A DNA stretch of 63,746 bases, the filler included, from Licmophora abbreviata (lineage: Eukaryota): the NCBI GenBank assembly GCA_900291995.1. It is 18 parts of 18 records of this genome, joined end to end, with 100 filler letters (N's around TTAATTAATTAA, not from the genome) between each part and the next. Parts side by side here need not be neighbours in the genome. Positions count along the whole stretch, not along the records: positions 1 to 10,439 come from OLMU01001617.1; positions 10,540 to 13,112 come from OLMU01001618.1; 16 more parts are not named here. One strand, written 5' to 3'. The notes beneath the pieces were generated by a model that was not told the origin of the DNA, did no database searches, and saw only the letters and a list, made by a program, of their open reading frames with translations. The position numbers and the translations under genes are program-made. This document shows, in pieces, positions 1 through 11,587 of the stretch (position 1 is its first letter; every line of letters begins with the position of its first letter).

Positions 1-25
1 CAACAACAACAACAACAACAACAAC
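1..25 (+). repeat. (CAA)n microsatellite encoding poly-Asn
   Basis: About 8 CAA units at the window start. Similar CAA runs occur at ~928-950 (poly-Q) and ~6923-6941 (poly-N). Confidence 0.85.
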
Positions 26-1165
26 ATTGATCCGTACCGACTGTTACAAGTACGAACGGATGCCACTCAATCTGAAATTCAACACGCCTACAAGAGACTC
101 GCACTCCTCCACCATCCATGGCGACGACTGCAAAGCAATACGACACACTATTCTGCACGAGAAGCCATCGATCTCTTTCGACTCCTTGCAGCTTGCTATG
201 AGACACTCCTAGATCCAGCTGTGAGACAACGATACGACAATGAACACTGTGAAGAAACTGCAAAGGGGAACCAATCAACCTCTTCCACAAAGTCTGCGTC
301 GAAACATCCTTGGATGACGGGACAAGTACATGTGGGTGGAAAGCGATTGGGTTACTTTGCCTGCGCTCCTTCTCCGACCAAAACGACGCAGGTGAAAGCT
401 GTACAAAAAGAAGAAGACAATGATCAACAAGACTCCATGCTGATGGCAGCCTCCAGTAGCAGCACTACGACTACGACTAGTACTACTTCTACTACGTGCA
501 GCAGTCTGGACGATGACAAGCACTATACGGAACAGGAAACGAATCGATTGTTTGGAGGACCGCTGCAACCCTTGTACAAGGCACGACACTATCGTGTATT
601 TCGGGATCCTTTCCAAGTCTTTGATTCCGTTATGGGTTCCAGTATATTTCCAATTACGCCAGAGGAAGCAATATTATCGACTGATGGCTGGGACAACAAC
701 GACGCCACGTCTCCCGCGGCACTCCTCCATACCGCGGCGCCTGGTGATTTCAGGACGACATCGACCCAGACGCGTGCGGACGGCACGGTCATTACAACGA
801 CGACGCGAACGGCCAAGGAACGGATATTCACCCGCACTGAAACCACCACTGTCATTGATCGCACGACGGGTCAGAAACAAACGCAAGTTGTCGTAACGAG
901 TCAAGAGATCGATCCAAGGCGGATGGAACAACAACAACAACAACAACAACAGCGACTATGCGAGGATTCCAATGAGACTAACTGGACGTGCCCGGCATGT
1001 TGTCGTCGTCCACTTGTGACAGAATCGGATCGGTCCGTTTCCCATGCTCGTGCAGCGAAGAAGGAAGAACCGTTGTATTGGTTCGAAACGGATCCTTCGG
1101 AAGAGTCGTACTTTGACAGGTTCCGGGATACGCTCTGCGCCTACGGACAAATCTTTCCGGAGTGA
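2..1165 (+). CDS. J-domain-like protein (5' end outside the window) with HPD replaced by HPW
   Basis: The frame of ORF 221..1165 is open from base 2 and reads NNNNNNNNIDPYRLLQVRTDATQSEIQHAYKRLALLHHPWRR...LFRLLAACYETLLDPAVRQRYD, which matches J-domain helices I-IV. A later FRDPFQVF motif resembles DNAJB6/8-type proteins. Confidence 0.75.
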   Translation, partial: NNNNNNNNIDPYRLLQVRTDATQSEIQHAYKRLALLHHPWRRLQSNTTHYSAREAIDLFRLLAACYETLLDPAVRQRYDNEHCEETAKGNQSTSSTKSASKHPWMTGQVHVGGKRLGYFACAPSPTKTTQVKAVQKEEDNDQQDSMLMAASSSSTTTTTSTTSTTCSSLDDDKHYTEQETNRLFGGPLQPLYKARHYRVFRDPFQVFDSVMGSSIFPITPEEAILSTDGWDNNDATSPAALLHTAAPGDFRTTSTQTRADGTVITTTTRTAKERIFTRTETTTVIDRTTGQKQTQVVVTSQEIDPRRMEQQQQQQQQRLCEDSNETNWTCPACCRRPLVTESDRSVSHARAAKKEEPLYWFETDPSEESYFDRFRDTLCAYGQIFPE

Positions 1166-1343
1166 CAAGCTATTTTTAAAATCTACCAGGTTTATACCTT
1201 TTAGGAATAAATACTGGAATAAATAAATTGAGCAACATACACACTTACAGAATGTTCAGCGGCGTTGTATCTATTTTAGCTGCCGTCCGCATCCTTGTCA
1301 CTGCGTCCGGCTGCTTCCCCACAAGGAGAGTTTACACAACTCT

Positions 1344-3022
1344 TTAACCAATGCCTTTGCTGACAATGTCCTTGGGGGTATAGCTACGGCCGTCCCAGTA
1401 GTCGCAGCTGTCGCATGTCGCTTGACAGAGATAACTCACGTCCTGCTCCTTGCCACAGTGTCTGAGCTTGAATGCTCTGCTCTTCCCAGCCACCCAGTTA
1501 CAGTCTTTGTACCTGTTGGCAGAGTTGATCCATATGTTGTAGCTATTGTCATTCTGGCAGCTGCCGTTGCCACTCGTATCCTTCTTGGGTGCGTCAACGA
1601 GGTCGTAGCTACGGCCTTCCCAATAATCGCAGCTATTGCACGTTTTTTGACATAGATAGCTCACATCCTTCTCTTTTCCGCAATGCCTGTTCTTGAAGCT
1701 ATTACTTTTCGTCGCCACATAGGCACAGTCTCTATACTTGAGGTTGTTGTTGATCCAAATATTGTAACTGTTGTCGTCATCGCAGGTACCACCTCCTGCG
1801 TTGTTGCAGCTGGCGGGTGGCTGAGAAGAGAGTTTACAAATCTTATCATCAATCCAATCGGCAAAGTAGCTGACTCGCGTATAGCCGCCTGGAAATGTAG
1901 CTGCAACGAGAGAATAAAACGGGTTGATAGTTTTGAATCAACATGAGTCGAGTGGATGGTTACTCAGTATAGACCGATCTATGACACACTCACTGTAAGC
2001 GCATTGTCCGCCAAAGGAAACGATACCGACTTGGGTGTGCTGTCCGTTGGCAATTCGCACGAGAGGACCGCCAGAATCACCGAAACAGCTACCCTTTTGA
2101 CTCCGTGCGGCACACATACTTGTATCGGTGTCGATTGCGCCGAAGTAGACGAGACTGCACTGCGTGTTCGAAACCGCATCGAGGGTGACTCGCTGGAGTG
2201 TCTTCGGATACAAGTTAGAACCGCCACCTAGAGTTCCAAAACCAAGGGCAACAACGTTCTGACCAGTCTTTGGACTATTCTGGGCTCGATTCAGTTTGAC
2301 AGGCTCAATCGAGGTGATGAACTTGTCAAGTTTCATGACCATGATATCGTTCTGAAAGCCGCCATCATGCAAGTTGTGGGTGATGACGTCGATGATTGTT
2401 GCCTCCACGCTGCTCGGACCACTGTAAGTGCTCATATCTTTCGGGTCTGTCGCCGCACGAGCGCCAACTACAACCCTCTTGTCCAGAAAGTTGGCGGTAC
2501 AATGAGCAGCAGAGAGGAGAATGTCCCCGTGAACAAGCGACGCGCCGCAAAATGTGTCGGTCCAACTGATGAGAACCCAATGAATTTTACCGTGTTTGTG
2601 TTGTGTAAGTGAGTGTGGAGAATCAAAGGACACCGCTGCATTGATGTGTATGCAGTAAGCATCTTACGATTGATAGGAACTTACATGGTAAAATATGGAA
2701 ACGCTGTTGGTCCTGCGTTGGTGCCACCCACAATACGACTCTCGTCTAGTGGATTCAGAGATGTAACGATTGATGTTGCGTTGACCACAGAAGCTACATG
2801 AAAGGCGCTCAACTCTCCATCGAGAAGTTCATTGGCATGTCGATGATGTCGTGATTTCACGCGGCGACGCTGACGACGATGCTCGCCCTTATGGGTGATG
2901 CTTCTAATGAGATCGCTGTCCTGGTTGAGTCCTTCGTTGTTGCCGTCGATTCGGGCAAGGATGACTGTTGGAGCGGCAAGGATGAAAGCGAGGGTCACCG
3001 TTCGTTTTAAGAATGATACCAT
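1344..3022 (-). CDS. Secreted S1 (trypsin-family) serine protease with two C-terminal Cys-rich (ShK-like) repeats
   Basis: Exons 3022-2685, 2565-1994 and 1900-1344 join in frame across GT-AG introns. Signal peptide MVSFLKRTVTLAFILAAP, activation site R-IVGG, triad motifs SAAHC, DIMVMKL and GDSGGP, then two ~60-aa six-Cys repeats. Confidence 0.9.
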
Positions 3023-3383
3023 GGCATTGACTGTTGTCGTTAATGTGGACGATGGAGACGAGCAATGAATGTGATGATGAGAAGCGATGAATATGGTGAA
3101 GAGTGAAGATGACTGTGACATCGCCGAATTGAACCAAGTTTGTGTCTCAAAGAAAGATGTGGCGTGATCACACGCACGGCGGGCGCTCGAAAGATACTGA
3201 TGATGTCATGACATTTTCAAAATGACGTTTCGACGCATGAACTCGCAGCCAAAAAATTGTTCCAATTGTCTTTGGATGCGGTGTGATTGCCCACTCCTTC
3301 TGTCTTTGCTGTTGCCTTTCTGCAGTCTTTCCTCTCGTCGTCTCTCTCCCAACGAGCTCAGTTGTCTGTTTTTATATAAAAAG

Positions 3384-5192
3384 ATGGAAGATTCTCCGCT
3401 CAGTTTTCTGCTCCCGTTCAAGCTCGACGTCGACCCACGCGAGCCACTCTTGCTGTTCGAAGTTGGTGGGAACGAGTACGGCTTGTATCCTCCCAGTATC
3501 CTGTTTTGGGTCGAAGTTCTAGTTGTAAGTTTGTGTATAAGAAGGTCTCGAGTACAAAGGAAGACGCTCCCGAGTCGTCGCGATCTCACGTAACTGATGC
3601 ATGCATGTCTCGCGCTTCACCATCATCATCAGTTGGTCGCCATGCAGGCCGCCCTTGCGGCAGGACTATCCATCCTAACCTACAAGTTCATTGTGTGTCA
3701 GCGCGGCAGTCTTATATCCTACCTTGTTGGATACGGTTGGATTCTTCCCTTTTGGATCATGGTACCTTCCTACCAGATTATAGCCTTCGATATCCGCAAC
3801 GCTGTCATGAGATTTTCTCTGTCGGGCATTCTGCCCACCATTGGTATCTTTCATACTACTGAAGGTAAGGAGCAGAAATCTTGTGAGAGGAAAAATCGAT
3901 CTCTTCTTGCTGATTAGCTTCGTGGGACTCATGCCTCTCTCACACATCATGACGATCCTGTCTTTGTGAAAGCCATGTACGGCTTCGTACCGCCGCATGC
4001 ACGTGTCTCTCTAAACGCCTATGCCCTGTACTGCGGCTCACCCATGGAACTCGTCGTGGACGCCAAATCGGGCAAGCACGTCAAGGCCACCTTGCGAGAT
4101 ATCGCAACGCATTTGCTTCGATTTGTAGGATACATGTGTCTACTCGGCGCCTTGCATTCGTGGATGGAACCTTCGCACTTTGAACCCTTTGGGGCGATTG
4201 GAGGACCGTGGTATGATATCCAACGACTTCTGAATCCAAGACAACTTGCCAACAATGTAGCACATGCTGGTGAGTGGCTGGGGACGGTCGAGAATGCGAA
4301 TGTGTTGCAATGGAAGTGATTCGTATTTATATTTTAACTGACGACACGCACTCCTCGTTCTCGATACTACTACCATAACTTCCGCAATTGTCATCATTGT
4401 TCGCACACCTCTCCCACCAGTCCTCTTTCAAATGTACTTGGTGACGTTTTGCGAAGGCCTCTTGGCAGCAACAGTCGTTATAACGACTTATAAGGCGGAG
4501 GCTGTCATGGAAAATGCCGTCTTGACGTCTCGTTCACCGTCCGAGTTTTGGGGCAAGCGATGGAATAAGTTGATTCACTCGGTACTCAAGGTGAGCGGAA
4601 GATTGTGGTAGTGCGAGTTGCGTGTAGCTCCGTTGCACTAATGCATGACTACTGTTTTTACTGTTTAGAGAGGCGTGTATTTGCCGATGCGACTGTCGTT
4701 CCCCAAGGCTGTCGCAGTGTGCGCAACGTTCGTAGCAAGCGGGTTGTTTCACGAGTGGCTCCTATACAGTACGTAGTATGATGTGCAACCACGACGAGAG
4801 TATGGACGTGCTGTATCTACCATTATCAAATAACACACAATTGTTCTCTTCTTCTATTGTTTGCACACAAAGATGTTCTTTTGGTTGCTGGACACGAGCT
4901 CAACGACAAGGGAGACTGCAATCCACCCAAATGCTTGGCTCCTATCTATGTCGCTTCCACTGCATTTTTCATGTGGAATGCTCTCTTGATACTTTCCGAA
5001 TTTACCATTGGTGGTGCATCGATCTTTTCTTGGATCTCCAGAAGACTGCCCACGCCTGTCATATCCATGCTTGTCGTCCTCTTGGCGGCACCCATGGCTC
5101 ATTGGTTTTGCGAGTCGTACGTCAAGTCTAACTTCTTTCTGCATGGGGGCATTGGATTTCCAATGGTTCGAGCAATGACAAAGCGCGTGTAG
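3384..5192 (+). CDS. Membrane-bound O-acyltransferase (wax-synthase/MBOAT_2-like), multi-exon
   Basis: Hydrophobic exons with donors at 3525, 3865, 4270, 4591 and 4770. Motifs SRSPSEFWGKRWNKLIHSVLK (~4528-4590) and ASGLFHEW (~4736-4759, catalytic His). Internal exon boundaries were only partly verified. Confidence 0.8.
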
Positions 5193-5486
5193 ACGTTTAA
5201 TCCTCTATGGATGTGCTTTGGCCTGGCTCTTGTGTGTCGTACAAGGAAAGTGCAACTGTGTGTTCCTCTCATCGGACCTGCGTCGTCACCAAGATCCACT
5301 TGAAAAGATCTTTGCGTAGAATCAATACTGACCTCTACACGCACGTAGATCTCACAAACAAACCCAGTACCGTCTATACGTCGCACCGTCACAAAGAACA
5401 TGGCATGATATTATTCAAGATGGCGAGAACACAAAATTCTTTGCAGTCGGTGTGTTGTGTGCCGCCGTGTTCTCATCTTCATCAGC

Positions 5487-7391
5487 ATGGGAAACAACAC
5501 TTCTTCCGAGTCCTCCTCGTCTTCTGCCCGTCCCAACCTTCGATCCTTTGGAAGGACGGGTGCGTTGGGATTGAATCGACGAGAATTGGACGAGCGTTGT
5601 CAGCCAAGCGGGTACGTACAGTGCGATCCTTCCCAGAGACTCAGTCATGACGCCCGTGAGCTATTTTCCATGAACCTGAACAAATAAATAAATACGTCGA
5701 TGTAGACTTTATTTCATAATTGAAATGACGTGTACTATGTCTTGGATACTTTTCTGGTGCTTTGGAAATGTCCATGATCCATGATGTTCTCTTGTCCATG
5801 GACCACCATGCTGCTCTTTGTTTCTCACGTCTCTCCTGTTAATACGCGCTTCCTCCACCCCAGGCTATACCCCTCTTGTCAGTGGGAAGACAAGGCGATT
5901 CGCCGTTTGATCGGAGACGGCAAACTCGCTCCACGCTTGAAGGGCCATGATGCCCGCACGACCATGTCAGATTGCGAGTGTCCCATTTGCTTTCTGCAGT
6001 ACTCCCAAGTCAATACGACCCGATGCTGCAACGCCCACATATGCACGGAGTGTTATCTCCAAGTCCGCTCGCAACGAGAAAAACACTGCTCGTGTCCCTT
6101 TTGCAATCATACGAAACTCCAGGTGCTTGTCGCGCAGCGGATGGATACCAAGGCGGTGGAAGAGAGGACCATGGAGGAACAGCGAGTGATCGAAGCGACG
6201 ATTCGAGCTAGACAAGACACCAGTGAGAAAAAGGATGACACTGCGAGAAAGACATCGCCAATCAGCACGGGTGAGGCTACAGCAACGAGTCTCTTCGGCA
6301 CAACGCCTCCCACGACCGTCACATCGGGAGGCTTCGGTTCGTCCATTGAACAGAGTCCTCAAGCCCGCTTGCTGCGAGCCCGTTCAGAGAGTTTGAGCAG
6401 TGCGGATCCGGAGTCACTTACGGAAGATCACTTGTTGTCAGCGCTCGCCATGACGGCCGACGATCGTCGAAGCTTGGAAGAAGAAATGCGCGCCCAGCAC
6501 ACGCATCCGGTCGCGCGTCGAGTGGAACAAGAAGCGGAAGAACGACGCATTGAACACGAACGCCACTATTATCGGAGTAATGGTGGGCGTATACGAGAAC
6601 AGCGGGCGGCAGAAATATTGGCACGCTCGTCTCGTATGACGCGTAGGCCGCGGTCCGGAAGGCTCATGTCGGCGGGTAGTAGTACTCGCAATTGGAATGA
6701 TATTGTGGATGCCTTTGAGAGTGGAGGAAACGGAGAAATCCAGTCTTTAGATGATTTGGTAGTCCTTGAGGCGGCGATTGTTCTGAGCATGGAGGAAGAA
6801 GCACGGAGTCGACGGGGAGAGGGGACCTTCGATGCGTCACAGCATGCAAGGGATGGATTTCCACTCATCGAGCGCTTTTTGTCATCCCGTAGTCACGATC
6901 TCAACCACGCTGGTGACGACGACAACAACAACAACAACAACAGCACCTCCTCTGCGGAGCTCTCCGAATCGTTGCAGACTCTAGCGCGGCGTCTCAGCAG
7001 CAATCGTCGGGCTTCCTTAGACCGTGCCTTGTCTACCCCACTCTTTGCTTCTGGTGGCAGTGACTCGACATTGCGAGGTATTAGCGAAGCAGAGCAGATC
7101 GAAATGGCCATTGCGCTCAGTCTCCAAGAGTCTGCCGCTCCGACTGGTGCCGACGCGGAACAAGAAGATGACGAGACACAGGAGTCGAATCAAAACTCGT
7201 TCCAGCCCGATGACGGTGTTCATGCACTGAACGCGGACAATGATACAACGCCTACGGACGAGCTCAACGCGGCCGCGTCGACTCTGGAAGCTATATCGCT
7301 GGTAGAAGAAGAGATAAATGAGGGCGAAGATGGACTCGCTGTGGATCAAAGTGTCGGCGCCACCAGTCGACGGAGTTCCAGCTCACGATGA
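5487..7391 (+). CDS. GW2/DA2/Sip5-like RING-type E3 ubiquitin ligase
   Basis: Exon 1 (5487-5611, MGNNTSS...QPSG) joins exon 2 in frame across intron 5612-5863. Exon 2 reads LYPSCQWEDKAIRRLIGDGKLAP...ECPICFLQYSQVNTTRCCNAHICTECYLQV...CPFC. UIM-like segments LEAAIVLSMEE and EQIEMAIALSLQE follow. Confidence 0.85.
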
Positions 7392-7627
7392 TGTTATGAC
7401 AGAAGGCGTATCGGTAAATGGTGCGCAGGCTGACCTTATCGCGGGACCTGATGCACATACCGAAGACAATTTTTGGGGTGACGAGTCAGCGACCACCATG
7501 GAGGCACGTTGAATGTGTGCGGTCTCCGTCGCCCTAGCTGCTATTCCCCGCAGTACCGCTGTTTTTGGCCCTCTCGTTTGCGTTATGCTTCGTGCTCTAA
7601 AACTATATAAGCGGACGATAAAGTAAA

Positions 7628-7754
7628 CTTTTTGGCGTCTATCTTCACCTGCTGGAGACTTTGTCTTACCCGTGAAGAATAATATGCAAAAGCTTTTTGG
7701 CGTCTATCTTCACCTGCTGGAGACTTTGTCTTACCCGTGTACAATAATATGCAA
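7628..7754. repeat. Intergenic direct tandem duplication with a 65-bp period
   Basis: ctttttggcgtctatcttcacctgctggagactttgtcttacccgtg...aataatatgcaa starts at 7628 and again at 7693, with 2 mismatches over 62 bp. Confidence 0.9.
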
Positions 7755-8311
7755 CGCACCGTGTCGCCTATAAACAGGGCACCTGCAGAGGAATGGGCGA
7801 GAGTATAGTAGCAAATACCGGGTAGCGCAGGAAGTTTGGGTTTGAAACAACAATCTGATACGTCGCGTTGACTCATGACCCAAACGTCAAGGCTACGGAT
7901 GAGACGAAAGTTCGCATCTCTCGCCGACAACTTGCCAGCTCCACATACGTCAGCGAGGAGTCGTGTAAGACGGTTATTTAACGGTTATATGTGAGGGACG
8001 CTTACATGAATATTAGTATGATAAAGCTTCATGTATTAATGTGGCAAGAACAATTCCATAAGTTTGTGCGAAGTGCGACAACGAAAGTGCGACATTTCAA
8101 TGATTGCTCCCTCTCTCTTCAACTTCCTTTGCCAAGTAACGAAGTTCGTAGTACAAGTGCGTGAATCTTTTCCTCTTTCATTTCTTTTGGTTGGATCTGG
8201 CTCGCGCAGGTTGAACCCCAAACCACTTTGTTTTCTGCTCGCGCTGTTACTTCTCACTTCGCTGGGGAAGTCAGTTGAGTACTCATTCAAAAAAGAAAGA
8301 AGAAGACTACC

Positions 8312-11300
8312 ATGGCTGAAAACGGCATTGAGGAAAAGCCGATCAACTGGCACACCCTGACGGTGGAGGAGTCGCTCAAAGAGCTAGGCCTCCCTGCGGA
8401 TACTGCCAAGTCTGGTTTGACTTCTGAGCAAGCCACTCAGCGCCTCGAAAAGTACGGCTACAACAAGCTCACTGAGCAGAAAAAGAAGACGCTGCTCGAG
8501 CGCATCTGGCACCAGGTCAACAACGTCCTTGTCGGCATCCTCGTCACTGTCGCTGTCGTCGCCGCCGTACAAGCTGGTACTGCCGACAACAACGAAGACG
8601 TCGTTACCAACACAATTCAAGTTGCTCTCATCGTAGGTGTCATCAGCCTCAACACCTGGATTGGTATTGTCCAGGAGGGATCTGCCGAGAAGGCTGCCGA
8701 GGCCCTTCGCGACATGCTTTCCAGCGACGCCAGGGTAATGCGAAATGGGTCCGAAGTCAAGATTCCAGGCCAGGAAGTCGTGCCGGGAGACATTGTTCTC
8801 CTTGGTCTTGGCGACCGTGTGCCCGCCGATCTTCGTATGGTCCGTGTCGCTAACTTGGCGTGCGGAGAAGCGGCCCTCACGGGCGAGTCTGTCCCCGTAG
8901 ACAAGACCATCGACGCCCTCGTCGGCGGAGAGTATGGAGACGCCACCCCTCTTGGTGATCGCCACAACATGGCGTTCAGTGCAACCCTCGTTGCTCAGGG
9001 TGAAGGTCGCGGTATCGCAATTGCAACCGGTGACTTCACGCAGATCGGAACCATCAACTCCCTGGTCAGTCAAGTCGAAACGAAGAAGACCAATGTCCTC
9101 AAGCAGATCGACGAAGTCTCCAAGTGGCTCGCCTTCTTTATCATCCTCACGGCCATTGCCACCTTCTTCGTGGCCTACTTCCAAGCTGGTCAGGAGGCCA
9201 TTGACGCCGTCTCGATTGCCTTGGTTTGCGCCGTCGCCATGATTCCTGAAGGACTCGAGGCCATCGTCACTCTCACCTACGCATGGGCAGTCTCCAACAT
9301 GGCCAAGCAGAATGCCATTATTCGAATGCTCCCCGCCGTCGAAACTCTCGGCTCTGTGACCGTTATTTGCTCCGACAAGACCGGGACTCTCACCAAGAAC
9401 GAAATGACACTCGTCGCCTTTGTCACCTCCAACGCCCGCTACAAGTGTAGTGAGAACGTCACTGCACGTGGTGTTCACAACAGCGTTCGTGATGACACCT
9501 TCAAGGCTACCAAGGCCAAGCTTGTCCCAAAGAAGAGCAAGATGAGAAAGAGTACATCCACTGGGAATGACTCTTCAACTGCTGCTGCTGTGGAAACTAC
9601 GGAAGAAACCAAGAAGATCGAAAACGACGATGGTCTTCCAGTCAGCAACGGCGATTCACCTGACTTGGACTTTATCCGCAAGTGCCTTGCCACTGGTGTG
9701 CTCTGTAGTAAGGGAGTTCTTGGAGAAAATGGAGGCCGCACTGGAGAAATTGGAAACCCCACCGAGCTTGCTATTCTTCGTGCGGTGTACTACGCTGGAG
9801 TTGAGGTCGAAAGCATGAGGAAAGAGGCTCCTCAGATCACCGAAGTCCCGTTCAGTTCCGAATACAAATTCATGGCCACCGTTCACGAGCCCTTCGAGGA
9901 GAACGACGGTGAGGTGGCCAGTGGAATGTACGCTGTGCACGTCAAGGGTGCCCCCGACCGCATGATTCCTCTTTGCAAGAATCAGGCTGTCGCTGGACAG
10001 GTCGACAAGGTCGAGCCGGTCAACGCTGAATTCTGGCAAGAGCAGATTTCTATTCTAAGCTCCCACGGTTTGCGTGTGCTCGCCTTGTGCCGCGGTACTG
10101 TCCCCAAGGGCGAGATTACGGAAGGCGAGGCTCTAGGACCCGAGTTCGTTAACGGCAAGGGCCCCTGGCTGACCGTCGTGAGTCTCTGCGCCATCATGGA
10201 CCCTCCTCGTCCGGAGTGTGTTGCGGCCATCACCGAAGCCCACCGCGCTGGAGTCCGTGTTGCCATGATTACTGGCGATCACAAGGATACTGCTGTTGCC
10301 ATCGGCGACCAGCTCGGAATCATTGACGAGGACTACGCCACCGCCATTACGGGTCCTGAGATGGACGAGATGGATGATAGCCAGCTCCGCCAGGCCGTCA
10401 TGGGCCACAATGTCTTCGCTCGATCATCACCCGAGAACANNNNNNNNNNNNNNNNNNNNNNNNNNNNNNNNNNNNNNNNNNNNTTAATTAATTAANNNNN
10501 NNNNNNNNNNNNNNNNNNNNNNNNNNNNNNNNNNNNNNNACGCCCCCGCTCTGAAGGCTGCCGATATGGGTGTTGCCATGGGAGTGGAAGGTACCGATGT
10601 TGCCCGCGAAGCCGCTGAGATGATTCTTGCAGATGACAACTTTGCCACGATTGTTGTGGCCGTCCGTGAGGGCCGTGTCGTCTGGGACAACCTTCGCAAG
10701 GTGTTGCTCGTCAACACCCCCATCAACAACGCGCAGGGTATGAGTGTCTTGTTCGGTATGATCTGTGGTCTCGATGACACCCCCTTGACCCCGATTCAGG
10801 TCCTTTATTGTAACCTGATTTGTGCAGTGACGCTTGGATTCGTGACGGCCGTGGAGCCGGCCGAAGAGGGAATCATGGACCTGCCTCCTCGTCGTCCGAA
10901 CAAGCGTCTCATCGGACGGTACTTGTTCCTTCGTATCGCCCTTGGAACGATTGTACTGGTTGCTTGTACGGTGGGATCCGTCTTCCTTGCGATCGATTTG
11001 GGCTACAACATTGACGAGCAGCGTTCCCAGGCTTCCAACTCGCTGACTTTTGGTGCGATTTCCGTCTGCCTCAGTGCTCGCTTCGCCTACAACAGCTCGC
11101 TTCACCCGCGACTCTTTCGGGGCAACCCTTTTTGCTGGTACTCCGTTGCGGTGGTTGCCGTTCTTCAAGTGTTTATCACGTACACGCCTCAACTCAACAT
11201 TCTCATTTTCCAGATGACTGGAATGGGTGGTGATCAGTGGGGCATCGTGATTGGTTGCATGGTGATTGTCCTACTTTTCATGGAGGCCGAAAAGGCTGTC

Positions 11301-11438
11301 AGGCGGACGCTCAAGGCCCAGGGCAAGGATACCGATGATGCCGAGTACAATCCTCGCTGGGATGCCGCTCCTGAGACTCCCGACATGACGCTTCCCAAGG
11401 GAACTTCCTCGCTCCGTTTGACGTCGCTCCGCGAGTAG
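8312..11438 (+). CDS. P-type (type II) cation-transporting ATPase, interrupted by an assembly spacer
   Basis: Motifs [33 protein letters not shown] and MITGDH. After the spacer it continues [14 protein letters not shown], then M5-M10. The TGDGVND segment falls in gap 10440-10539. Confidence 0.95.
10440..10539. other. Artificial 100-nt contig spacer (first of 17)
   Basis: 44 N + TTAATTAATTAA (stop codons in all six frames) + 44 N. Others start at about 13113, 16217, 19281, 20696, 22477, 24354, 26792, 28982, 33025, 40285, 41488, 44238, 48398, 51881, 58916 and 61791. Confidence 0.97.
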
Positions 11439-11587
11439 GGCCGATTGCACATCAGCCAAGTCAATAGGAAGATGAACCACGATGGGTCCTTAGTCTAGTA
11501 GTCGTTGGAAGCTACAGTGCATGTGGATACCAGAAAGTAGTTTTAAGAAACAAATAAGTGTTACCGAAGTGAAACGATATCTTCACA

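Noticed and set aside
8384..9478. Long antisense ORFs (also 54269-55624, 56417-57268, 41735-42430, 13738-14370)
   Set aside because: They are shadows of well-supported genes on the opposite strand, caused by codon bias, and have no recognisable motifs.
10484..10495. Palindromic TTAATTAATTAA recurring 17 times
   Set aside because: Always centred in a 100-nt N block. It is an artificial six-frame-stop linker, not a biological repeat or CRISPR array.
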